Assembly: GCA_032718475.1 (NCBI GenBank)
Contig: JAUCBJ010007795.1
Location: forward strand, 1 to 35,930
Origin: Nemertoderma westbladi
Lineage: Eukaryota; Animalia; Xenacoelomorpha
Direction: 5' to 3'
DNA length: 35,930 bases
The notes under the pieces: generated by a model
Databases searched by the model: none
What the model was told of the DNA's origin: nothing
Seen by the model: only the letters and a program-made list of their open reading frames with translations
In this document: piece after piece, positions 24,156-34,714 of the stretch
How positions within the stretch are numbered: the first letter of the stretch is position 1
Layout of the letters: the number at the start of each line of letters is the position of its first letter
Program-made: the position numbers and the translations under genes

Positions 24156-24283
24156 AAATTCCCAATTGTTAGATATCATCTGCTTGCCTTTGGCGTGATT
24201 ATGAGTGGCATGATTCACGATATTTTGCCCCAAAAACGTTACTTCATACAAATATAGTGATCATTACTTGTTTTTTTTTGTAG

Positions 24284-25655
24284 ATCACCCGCTATTGGTT
24301 CAAACAGATTGCAGAACGCCTGTCACTGCCAACCAAGTTGTCAGTCTTCCGCAGTTCCTTGTAGAGCTGGGTACCTCTAGCCAACCGATAAGCAGCCCGC
24401 AGACCTCGCCACCTTACCGCTTTACCTTCGCCAAAGACCCAATAAAAGAGACCTCCAGCGTGCTGTCCAATGAGACAGTGTGTATCAGCATACCATGTCT
24501 ACCAGCCGGCCAGCCTCGCGCACCGGGTTCCCCCAAACAACGAAAGAAATCCCTGATTGGAAGGCGATCAAAACTCAAGGAGTACAAATTCCGAGAGTTT
24601 AAAGCCCCGTCCTCGGGTGCTTCTAGCCCTGGTTTCCGATCGCCCACGTCCGAACCTCCACCCACCCCGGACAACCACAAACAGTCGTACCAACTACTCC
24701 TCCACCAACAACAGATGTTCCTACAACTACAAGTCCACCAGGACAACCTCGACAAACTACAAGCTAAAGGCCCCGTCTCAGCCGAGCAGTTGGAGGCAAG
24801 CCCCGCTGCGACCGACCAATCAGAGCATCCCGCGTCGCCCGCCAGATCCGTAGTCATGGTCACCGTGGACGGCCAATCAGCTCGCGCGACCACGACCCCG
24901 GCCATGGAGCTGAAGAAGTCGGAACTCCGTCGGGAACTCAAGAAGCGAGGTCTACCGGTGTCGGGTACCAAGGAGAAGCTGATCGAGAGGTTGCTCATCA
25001 GCTACCAGGAGGGGACCCCGCCCGTGCAGCCGGCTGACCTAGCGGTGGCTAGGCAACCCTCCCCCAAGGTCCCCATACCCCGGTGCCAACCGTCGGCGCT
25101 AGGGGGCCACACCAACACCTCCGTGTACCCGTCGAGCCGTTCGTTCCCTAGCAACCCACTGAGTCCGGTCCCTGAGTCCGACGGAATCCCCCCGTCAACT
25201 AGCCTCGGCTACGCTCGTCTCGCCCAGGCCGTTGCAGACGAGCCCCCCGGCCTCAACCGGGACCTCCTCCTAAAGGTCCTCGAGAACCTCTCCATGATGA
25301 CGTCACCTCCGCCGGTGGCGGTACCTGTGACGGGCGGCGACTTCCGGTTCAGTCAGGCCCTCGCCACGCAGGCCAACATCGCGGCGCGAACACAGCAACC
25401 CGTCGCTACGGGCGGTTACCCCGACAACTCGGTGGTCCCCATAGTAACCTACCGCACCTCCACCACCGTGGTTACCATGGCGACCGCGTCGGCTCCCTGC
25501 GTTGCCACGGCCCTGTCGCCGGCGCCCATCGCCGTCACGGCCAACCCCGCCGCTACCATGACGACCACGCAGTCCCGGAACTCCAGACCGCTGAGAGTTG
25601 CTGCTCTCCTAAAGCAGCAGCACCAACAGATACAGGAACTCAACGCCAAACTCAG
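24284..25655 (+). CDS. Myocardin/MRTF-like coactivator, large internal exon (basic, Q-rich, SAP domains)
   Basis: Acceptor ttttttgtag| (phase 1); basic KKSLIGRRSKLKEYKFREF, Q-rich YQLLLHQQQMFLQLQ, SAP LKKSELRRELKKRGLPVSGTKEKLIERL, start of coiled coil; donor AG|GTTAGT (phase 2). Confidence 0.8.
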
Positions 25656-26467
25656 GTTAGTGACGTCATAGGAGCTTAACGCCAAACCAGGTTAGTGACG
25701 TCATAGGAGCTCAACGCCAAACCAGGTTTGTGACGTCATAGGAGCTCTACGCTTAAGCAGGTTAGTGACGTCATATGAGCTAAACGCCAAGCTCAGGTTA
25801 GTGACGTCATAGGAACTCAACGCCAAACTATGGTTAGTTACGTCATAGGAGCTAAACGCCAAACCAGGTTAGTGACGTCATAGGAGCTCAACGCCAAACC
25901 AGGTTTGTGACGTCATAGGAGCTCAACGCTTAACCAGGTTAGTGACGTCATATGAGCTAAACGCCAAGCTCAGGTTAGTGACGTCATAGGAACTCAACGC
26001 CAAACTATGGTTAGTTACGTCATAGGAGCTAAACGCCAAGCTCAGGTTAATGACGGCATAGGAACTCAACGCCAAACTATGGTTAGTTACGTCATAGGAG
26101 CTCAACGCCAAACCAGGTTAGTGACGTCATAGGAGCTCAACGCCAAACCAGGTTAGTGACGTCAAAGGAACTCAACGCCAAACTATGGTTAGTGACGTCA
26201 TAGGAGCTCAGCGCCAAACTATGGTTTGGTTAGTGACGTCATAGGAACTCAACGCTAAACTATGGTTAGTTACTTCATAGGAGCTAAACGCCAAGCTCAG
26301 GTTAGTGACGACATAGGAACTCAATGCCAAACTAAGGTTAGTGACGTCATAGGAGCTCAATGCCAAACTCACGTTAGTGACGTCATGCCAAACTAAGGTT
26401 AGTGACGTCGTATGAGTTCAACGTCAAACTCAGGTTAGTGACGTCATAGTAGCTAAAGGCCAAACTC
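25634..26467 (+). repeat. 35-36-bp minisatellite (~23 units) containing a splice donor and a CRE palindrome
   Basis: Unit aggarctcaacgccaaact(c)aggttagtgacgtcat repeated head-to-tail with no spacers. Confidence 0.95.
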
Positions 26468-27028
26468 CTGAAGATAAAGTTGAGTTTATGTGAAGAATCA
26501 TCTGGAGTACCTTAAATAAATAAAAGCTTAAAAAGTCAGATTGATTAAATTAATTCAATGTCGGCGAGAAATAAGGTTCAGCGGAGGTCGGTATTAGGGT
26601 TCGGCATTGGGGGGAAGGAAGAGAGATATCTATCCAACCTTTAATGTAAACACAATAAATTGATAATATTAACATTAGGGGTGGGGTGTACTAGATAATA
26701 AAGGGTACCCGGTACCAGTACATCCTGTACATCTACAGTTTACGATGTTTCTTTCAATTTAAACTCAAATTTTCAAGCACTCGCGTTATGTTGGTCTGAA
26801 CAATCAGTTTTGTTTCAGTGTTTATTATCCATCTTCTCGCTGGCCCTCGGATTTTATAACGCTACAATCACATAAAGGTCTATATTATAAGCCATAAAGT
26901 AAATGAGTTATAACAATTATTAGGTAGTTCTGGGTAAAAGGCGGATTGTGTAATTTAATCAAACTGATATGTCGCCATATTGTACAGATGTAATAATATC
27001 AATAATAATAATATCAACATTCTAGAAT

Positions 27029-27832
27029 CTAGTTATTGCCATCCATCGGACGCCCCTTTAGCTCACTAAGTTCCCGTTTAACGTGGTCCGATATCCTCAT
27101 TCGATGTCTCTTACGTTTCTTAACCTCAATATTAACACCATCGACCCCTTTACTCTTCAATTTCTTCGACTTTAAACAACTCAACGGATTGGCTCCCCGC
27201 TTCTTCCGTCTCCTAGCAACCTTGGTCGCTCCCCCTGGCGGCAGTCCCCGCGCCGCCTTCAATACATCCAGTTTCTCTCTCTCGCCGCTGGATGGCGCAC
27301 ATTGACCGCCCTTCACAGCCGCCCCTTTGGCCATAGACACGTCGGCTGGTTTACCGAGCACTACTGTGTTCTGTACAATGTAAAGCAATGGGACACCGGC
27401 CAGCTGATTGACTCCATTCGTTAACTCCGGGTCCTGAGTAGCCACCATGAAATGATTTGGGTTACCCTTTCCTACCAACCCTAATATACACTTATTAGCC
27501 GCTATCCTAGCGATGGGGTTACGGGTTCGACCCCTACTCGCCGCCTTTCCGCCGTGCTTGCACTCCTTTACCCGGAACGCTTTTGTCACGAGCCTCGCCC
27601 CATAGAAGGAGGCCCCAAGGTTCTCCAACTCTGCCAGCACGCAACCGGTAGTGGAACAGACCACATCACGACCAAAGTACTTAGGTAGTTGTTCCGCAAT
27701 CTGTACTTTGTATTTGAGAGCGGCCTGAGCGAAAGTTCCGTCCACGAGAACTTGGAATGGAGCGCGGAACCCAAATAAATTCTCGTAGAACGCGAGACAT
27801 TGTTTGACCTTCTTTTGTCGTTTACATTTCAT
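27029..27832 (-). CDS. UTP23: rRNA-processing protein UTP23 (PIN/Fcf1 family)
   Basis: MKCKRQK...FGFRAPFQVLVDGTF, CVLAELE, HFMVATQD, GVPLLY, and basic C-terminus with NPLSCLK; intronless; candidate poly(A) signal at 26821-26826 (minus-strand AATAAA). Confidence 0.93.
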   Translation of the reverse strand: MKCKRQKKVKQCLAFYENLFGFRAPFQVLVDGTFAQAALKYKVQIAEQLPKYFGRDVVCSTTGCVLAELENLGASFYGARLVTKAFRVKECKHGGKAASRGRTRNPIARIAANKCILGLVGKGNPNHFMVATQDPELTNGVNQLAGVPLLYIVQNTVVLGKPADVSMAKGAAVKGGQCAPSSGEREKLDVLKAARGLPPGGATKVARRRKKRGANPLSCLKSKKLKSKGVDGVNIEVKKRKRHRMRISDHVKRELSELKGRPMDGNN

Positions 27833-27861
27833 CGTGTAATTCCTTCCTTCTCAATCCCTAC

Positions 27862-28332
27862 TCACCGAAGTAAAGATTTCAGCTGAATCGAGGATCCTAA
27901 ATGCGCTAGAAGTTGATTCTCTTTTCGCTTCATCCGTTGGTAGTTAGTCTCGTTGTCGTGATCGTATCCGAGGATGTGGACGAGGCCGTGGATGGCCGTA
28001 GCGGTGAGCGCGTTGTGGAAGGTTTCCCGTCGACTCCCTCCGTACCGGATATATTCGACCCCGAGATAGACCTCCCCCAGTTCGTTCAACTCTCCGCTAC
28101 CGGTAATCAACCCTTGTTCTTCTTCCGTATACCGGAATGCCAGTACGTCTGTAGCGCGGTTTACTTTCCTGTAAATACGATTTAGTTTATGTATGCGGTT
28201 GTTGGAAACCAGACTGAATGTTATCGAATACGATTCTAGTTTCTCCGCTCGGAGAACAGTATCCAGGCGAGATAGTATTAGTCGCTGGTTTATAAAGACG
28301 ATTCTCTGTAGATTCCTCAATACAGCTGGCAT
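27862..28332 (-). CDS. YBEY: YbeY-family endoribonuclease / mitoribosome assembly factor
   Basis: LNRIYR...ATDVLAF, LGEVYL and metal-binding HGLVHILGYDH; N-terminus VLRNLQR resembles animal YBEY. Confidence 0.93.
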   Translation of the reverse strand: MPAVLRNLQRIVFINQRLILSRLDTVLRAEKLESYSITFSLVSNNRIHKLNRIYRKVNRATDVLAFRYTEEEQGLITGSGELNELGEVYLGVEYIRYGGSRRETFHNALTATAIHGLVHILGYDHDNETNYQRMKRKENQLLAHLGSSIQLKSLLR

Positions 28333-29123
28333 TTATTGAAATTTAGTCTTCCGGTAACTGCCATTCATTCAGTTTCTATGTTATGCTGTTATGTACCGGC
28401 AAAGCCTTAAAATATATATACCACCGGTAGATACCGTTACCGGTACTGTATCTACGCTACCAGTCTACGATGCGAAGAAGGCACCAATCGACCAACCCTA
28501 TTCTATCGGGTTATATAAACGAACGTGTACGTACAGGTGTACCTGGTCTTTATGATTCATAAACAAAAAATTATCAGGTTTTATGTTTTATCGGGTAAAA
28601 GGACAATCAGACAATTGTATTGTAGGCTGTAGGCCATGGGGAAAAGGGTAAGGTAAACGGTCCGGTAAACGGAAGCGCAATGTAGCAAATTATTGAACAT
28701 TGTCATAAAAATAATTATCCTGTAGTAAGTTAAGTACAAATGACCCGTCCCACCGTCCCATCCCATGCCACATCCCACGCAGTAACTCACGGAGTAACAG
28801 AACTACAGTTACAACAACAGGTGGCCTACTACTGTACTATGTATTGTGGACTGATTTTGATTTTTTGAATTTTCCTCCACATTATTATCACCTGCTTTTG
28901 TCCTTCAGGTAGTCCTCAGCAGCTGGTGGTTGATATTTATTTTTGTTTTACAGTTGTTGTTTTATTATCCTGACTGAATACGAGCTAATATTGAACCCGT
29001 GGACTGGACATTACGCTTTTAATATTAACCTTAATGGTTGTTGTATTGGTGTAAACATTTCTTACTTACATATACAAGTATGTAAATATTTATTTATAAA
29101 ATATATATGTTATATTTTTTCAG

Positions 29124-29271
29124 ATTTTCTGACATTCGAATCCAAGAGCAACAACGTCTCTTGTTGCACCAGCAACAATACATCACCAATCTCAATGCAG
29201 CCTACGCACAATTAATATCCGATCGCACTATGGTTGGCTCCAATATGTCTATCTCGCCAAACAATCACAAG
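29124..29271 (+). CDS. MRTF-like gene, next exon (continuation of the coiled coil)
   Basis: ttttttcag|A completes the phase-2 codon; encodes FSDIRIQEQQRLLLHQQQYITNLNAAYAQL...NHK; donor AAG|GTGAGT. Confidence 0.75.
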
Positions 29272-30007
29272 GTGAGTTGCAAGTTTTACTTCCGGTGCGA
29301 ATGCTTTAATGCGTCTATAGCCAGGGAAACTTTGCGAAGAAAACTTTGCTTTTAAAATTTGTCGGATATTTATTAAATTAAACTCTTTAACCTATATTGG
29401 TTATTCACATCCGAACAGAATTGTAACTACGAATTTTATTTATTTATTTATCAAGCCCGTTAAGAAAAAAACCTTACCGGTAGGTGTGTTAGTACCAAAG
29501 TATGTAAAAAACTAAAAAGCAACAAGACCTAGACGTTGTATGCATTCAGTGATCAGCTGACGGCAGCCAGCTGATCGGTAGGTTTCGCCCCGCAACTGAA
29601 GGCATTCTCAGGAGGCCAAGCCAGGAAATGTAGAGAGAAATTCACAAAGGGAGACAGAACGAGTATTGAAATGAAGAGAGAGGTATGTAGGTAACTTACC
29701 ACTGGGAAGCAGCACCACAAACTTAAAGACTACTTCAAAAATTATAACTAATAACAAGCTGACAATGTCAGCCCTGACAAGGGCGACTCTCATATGTTCT
29801 AAAACATACAGACTACAGAATCGAATTCGTTGTACCTATGTTCGGCGGGCCTTCCAACTAGAGTAGTGAGTGTAATAAACACGATGACATGATAACGATT
29901 AAAAGTGCCACTTCGTTTGACGAGTATGTTAACTATATAATATAATAAAAAAACAATATATCTTCACAATGTTTATTTTTTTCTGTAATCTGTTTTTCCA
30001 TCCTTAG

Positions 30008-30124
30008 CCAAACCATCCGAATATTCTACCCAATGAAACCTTGAACGGTATTATGCCACCTAACATAGGTTCCCTTAACAACAGTTTACAAAATCCCTCC
30101 ATTTACGGCTTGGATGCGTTTCAG
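30008..30124 (+). CDS. MRTF-like gene, putative 117-bp exon
   Basis: Pyrimidine tract ttttccatccttag|; open phase-0 frame PNHPNILPNE...GLDAFQ; donor CAG|GTTTGT. Confidence 0.6.
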
Positions 30125-30195
30125 GTTTGTGAAATATTTTCTATAACTCTGTGTCACAGACAATAAGTCTAAAAGATAACTGTGCATTAATTAAT

Positions 30196-30445
30196 ATTTC
30201 GTGGTAGCTCAGTTAGTTGAGCGCCGGGCCTGCAATCTAATGGTTGTAGGTTCAGCCCCTCCAGGGTCCACTCAGCCTTTCATCCACTGGGGTCAATAAA
30301 ATGAGTACCAGTTAAATAACTGGGAGCAAATCTTGGGATAGGAGTCGCGCCCACCCCTACCCTCGGATAGCAGCTATCGAAAGAGCAAAGAGGAGCCTTT
30401 GGGTCGCCTCCGGCTTCGGCCGACTGTTTGCTTTTTGCTTTTGCT
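30196..30445 (+). mobile_element. tRNA-derived SINE with Deu/Nin-like central domain
   Basis: A box tagctcagttag, B-box-like ggttcagccc; core ccactcagcctttcatcc...taaaatgagtaccag; (TTTGC)n-like tail; 13-bp TSD tgcattaattaat at 30183-30195 and 30446-30458. Confidence 0.85.
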
Positions 30446-30902
30446 TGCATTAATTAATTAATAACTATTTACATCATTGTGTGCAAAGTAGCACTTTGCA
30501 GCGTTATGACCCGACTTTATTAATGTACCGAACGAGCGAAGCGAGGGAGGTTTACATAAATAACCAATGTGTTGGTAAGCTGCATTTTTCGAGGTGTTTG
30601 TTATCATTCGAGGTTAAGACCCCTAGATCCCTTCCTGTACTAAATGTATAAATAAACAAGGGCCTTTAACGCTGGAAAGTGACCTTTGCAAGCAATGATG
30701 TATGTAATTTTGTTACATTTTGTCAACTTATCAGCGTTCGGTATGTGAAGAAAGGATTTTATGGATACTCATTTATATGTATATATCGAATATAAGTGAA
30801 ATTTATTAACAGGTACACTGGTACACAGTATTAATTATACATTTAAATCTAATTAAAGTTTATTGGAAGTTATTTCCTGCATGTGTGTGATAAATCGTTA
30901 AT

Positions 30903-33224
30903 GGGTCAATAAGCTTAAAAGTGGCCAATGGTTTGTCCGGAAGTTACGATATAATTTTAAATGCTTTAATTTATTCGTATTTAATAAAGTTATATATTAT
31001 TTTGTAGCTAATTTATTTGCGCAGCTTACGCACTAAAAATTATCAAAATCTGTAAAGGCAGTCAGAAGATATGCCCCATTAAAGACTGAAATATCGTGAA
31101 AATCAGTTGTCCCTTACATGACACGACCACAAACAACTGTAAATTTTATCACTCCAAGTGGCAAATATATAGGAAACCTATTGTTGGGAAGCTTAGATGT
31201 TTTGCTTTCTTTTCCGATTTATTTCAGGCCATAATATTCATGTTGAACCATTTGAGATCGATACATAAAATGGGCATTGATTTTTCAATTTTTGTGTCAC
31301 ATCTGTAACATTTACGTCTAGAATCTGAAGTAGTAACTGCAGGTTTACAGTTTTGATATATTTAGAATCTACAGGGTTTCTAACATATATAGGCCAAATA
31401 TCACATACAAAAGACAAGGCAATCTCATTTGGGAAGCATTTATGTTTAACAAAGTCAATATAGAAAGCATAAACGTCCATATCTGTAACGCTACAAATGT
31501 GGCCATAGATTTTGATAATATTAATCTCATACAAGTATAATGGTACGTGTGGAAAGGCTATTTGAATTTATGCCGCATCAACCCCAAGAGTTAATGTGAT
31601 AAATAAACACCTATGATGTATGGTGGTGGTAAGCGTTTTTGTCAACCATCTGTAACGCGTCACCGTTACAGTGCAGTGCGTTACAGATAAGGGATGTCTC
31701 ATCTGTAACGCATTATATAACCAGTTATCGATGCGTTACAGACTGTAGGTTTTCAGTCGTATCTATATGACAGTCCTATTTGTAACGGAGGGTCACCCTG
31801 AAATACAATAAGGCATCACTGTCAATATTTGAATGCCTACGCGTTTGATACGTTCTTCGTCTTCCTACTGACATCCTAACTGCTCATGGTAATGTGGTAG
31901 TGTAAGATGGGTAAGTGTAAAACGCGGAACCGGATGCAGGATCCGGATCGGTTCTCGAATTTTGAGGTTAAAACGCGGATCCGGGTTTTCATGAAATCCG
32001 GAAATGAGTGCAAAATGCGAATTCAATCTAATTTGAATTGTTGCTGGAGTGTTATTTGGATCCTCCCGTAAGGGGAGTAAAACACGGATTCATGTTTATC
32101 TCTATCCGGGAAGAGGTGATTGTGGATACTGGGGAGTAAAGCGCAGATTCACTTCACATATGAAATTTTATGAATCCAGAGCTTCTGGGTCCGTGGTAAA
32201 TAATTTAGAAATTAATTGCAAATATATACAATCTCCATCTTATAAATTTTAAAAGTATTAATAAAATGTGCTTTTTGCAGAATTTCGCTTTACTTCGTTT
32301 AGAATTGTAGAAGATACATTTCCTACAAACAGTGTTTTTTTTAACATACAATATATTGTACAGACTGTACTTTGCCCTGTTTCGTTTTGCGTTTTTCGTT
32401 ATTAGGCTTCCCTGCATAGGCGCGTAATTTATTACAACAATGCTGATAGCAATGATCCTCATAGCATATAAAAGGCCTATGCCCTATATTTTACTATCAA
32501 TTTCTAAATCATTGGCTTAACATCACTTACTGACTTACATGACGGACTTGTGCACTACTTATATTATTGTGATAAGTTTAGTCAGATCCGTTTATTGGAT
32601 GTGGTAATAGACGTCTCTGAATCAGTTGCAGAGAAACGCCAGGGAGCGGTTAAATAAGTACAGAGGAAAAATGGACCGCGGTTGTTATACAGAGTATTTT
32701 AAACAAGCATATAAAAAGCGGCGCGATAGAGAAAATTTAAAACGGGATAAAAAAAATCGTGTAAAACAAGATTATCGGTTACACAGAAATATGTTAATGA
32801 AAACTTTTTCTATTTATTGAAATCATGTGTATTAAGTACATATAATTTAGTGGATGCGATGGTTATGGGCAGATATCTCCGTTTGTTACAGATGTTTGTC
32901 CAATAAATTACCTTATTGTCGAAGCAATGTTATAAATACTGCAAAATCCATAACATAATTACCGTTACAGATGGCCGTTACAGACGTTTGTCCCAAAAAT
33001 GTCATCACTGTAATGCGTTACAGTGGTAGACAAAAACGTTACAGATATGACATTAGTTTTTGCCATATATCTCCCTTTGAGCAGTGCGTCATGCTCGCCC
33101 TCTACCATCACAAGATTCGCAATGAAATTATCTTTCGAATGGTGTATGGTATGGCACTAATTTCCGACAAAAATTTTTTGGTCAATTTGTACCCCTTTTT
33201 GGCCACTTTTAAGCTTATTGACCC
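30903..33224. mobile_element. Non-autonomous TIR transposon, Sola2-like
   Basis: 26-bp perfect TIR gggtcaataagcttaaaagtggccaa; 4-bp TSD taat (30899-30902, 33225-33228); many internal atctgtaacg/cgttacagat motifs; no transposase ORF. Confidence 0.8.
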
Positions 33225-33384
33225 TAATCCATCTTGACTATTAATAGTCGACTGAAGCAAACTGAGTCATCATCTGTGTCCGTTCAGTTTTACTGAACAC
33301 TGTCGCCATTTTCTTCGGTCATTTTAGTGTCTTCTATTGGACGTTTCGCCATAATGGATTACAGTACACGTTAAACAATTAGCT

Positions 33385-33985
33385 ATTTACATAGTTGTGT
33401 GTAAAGTAGCACTTTACAGTTTGATGATCCGAGTGGCTTTGTTACACGAACGAACGTTAGTGAGTGAGTGAAAATAAAGCCACGAGGATCAGAACACTGT
33501 AAAGTACTTTGCAACAAGTATGTATGTAGTTTTATTCCAAAATTGTAACATTACGAAATGATTGTATATATATTATAAGTGATAGAAACTGCACAGATTA
33601 TATTAGTTGCTGTATAAATAAATGTAATAATGACATAAATTATGTTATAAATAAGTTAGCTTATATTTATGGTGGCGTTTGGAGCCATGTTATAATAATA
33701 TAGCTAGGCCAAACTGGTTATTAATAGTTATACCCCGCCTACCGGTAGGTAATGCAGTAGGCCTATCTGGCTGTCAGGCAAATTTCCAGCTATTGTTTAC
33801 GGCTATCCAATGACGCCGTTAAGTAATATCCCCTTAGTGGACATTACTTAACTGATAACACCAAAAACAATACTAAATGTACAGGCCAATACAATGCTCT
33901 AATGTCCTTTAAAGTTGTAAAGTGCTAAATAACAACTCGCTGTTAATACTAACGGCGTTGAGTAATGTTACAATTTTGGAATAAT
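33385..33985. mobile_element. Second hairpin-ended element related to 30466
   Basis: Starts atttacatagttgtgtgtaaagtagcactttacag (compare 30466); ttattccaaaattgtaacattac (about 33532) is inverted at about 33962-33984. Confidence 0.55.
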
Positions 33986-34494
33986 ATATTTATTTACTTA
34001 AATTAGCTGTCCCGTCACTGCAAACTGAATAATAAAGCAACACTCATTAACATAAATGTAAATAATACATTCTGGAATACGGTAATTTAAGTTGTTTCCA
34101 TGTCATTGATTACTTTGCAGCGTTCCGTCCTATTGGCCGCAACGCTGCAAAGTACTACTTTGCAGCGTTACGAGTAATTCACCAGAACGCTGTTAAGTTG
34201 ACATAATGTAACAAAATACATTAACCGCTACATTAATTTAGTTTTGTTCTTTCTTTAATTTCAAATTTTTTATCAATTGGAAATAAGCGATGCAACTGTG
34301 AAGACAAACATTAATAATTATCTCTAATTAACTTAATAATTATTAACAATTATGTAGTTTTAGAACAATCTCGACCTCTGGACTCGTTTTCAATTTTTCT
34401 TGTTTGAACAAATAAATATAACTTTATATCAGTCGAAGTCGACTAATTTTTTCCTAGGTTATAATAATTAACTTTCACTTTATATATACCTCAG

Positions 34495-34639
34495 CAGCTT
34501 TCCAATGGTGTAAAACAATCTCCCGTCGACTTGATTGCATCAAGTGGTTGCTATGGCAACGCTACAAACAATCAACCTTTGGCCACCAAAGATGAGCTAC
34601 GAGAGTTACTAGACAGTTTGCTTGATGATTCTGCCGGGG
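34495..34639 (+). CDS. MRTF-like gene, putative downstream exon
   Basis: Acceptor cctcag|cag (NAGNAG); phase-0 open frame QLSNGVK...DELRELLDSLLDDSAG resembling the MRTF MDDLFDILIxSG motif; donor G|GTGAGT at 34640, or read-through to TAA at 34681-34683. Confidence 0.6.
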
Positions 34640-34714
34640 GTGAGTGTAAGGAAGATCCACCTGATCCTTTTCAACACGATTAAGAATTTAATCGTGATTT
34701 ATGTAATTTAGGCG

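Larger units (their letters stand above)
30466..34220. mobile_element. Hairpin-ended non-autonomous element (tentatively Crypton-like) hosting nested insertions
   Basis: Terminal stem-loop with gagcgaagcgag loop; about 30705-30740 is the reverse complement of about 34174-34220. Confidence 0.45.

Noticed and set aside
25634-26467. CRISPR array (35-36-bp repeats)
   Set aside because: Units are contiguous with no unique spacers, there are no cas genes, and the context is eukaryotic.
27833-28332. Bacterial operon or horizontally acquired ybeY with a Shine-Dalgarno-like GAAGGAAGGA before UTP23
   Set aside because: YBEY is a normal animal nuclear gene with an animal-type N-terminus, and UTP23 is eukaryote-specific. 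The purine tract is not evidence of bacterial translation.
30200-30270. tRNA-Cys(GCA) gene
   Set aside because: Imperfect cloverleaf continuing into a SINE core, with tail and TSD.
31909-32412. Possible nested TIR element (gggtaagtgtaaaacg... / ...taggcttccc)
   Set aside because: Ends match poorly and no TSD was found.
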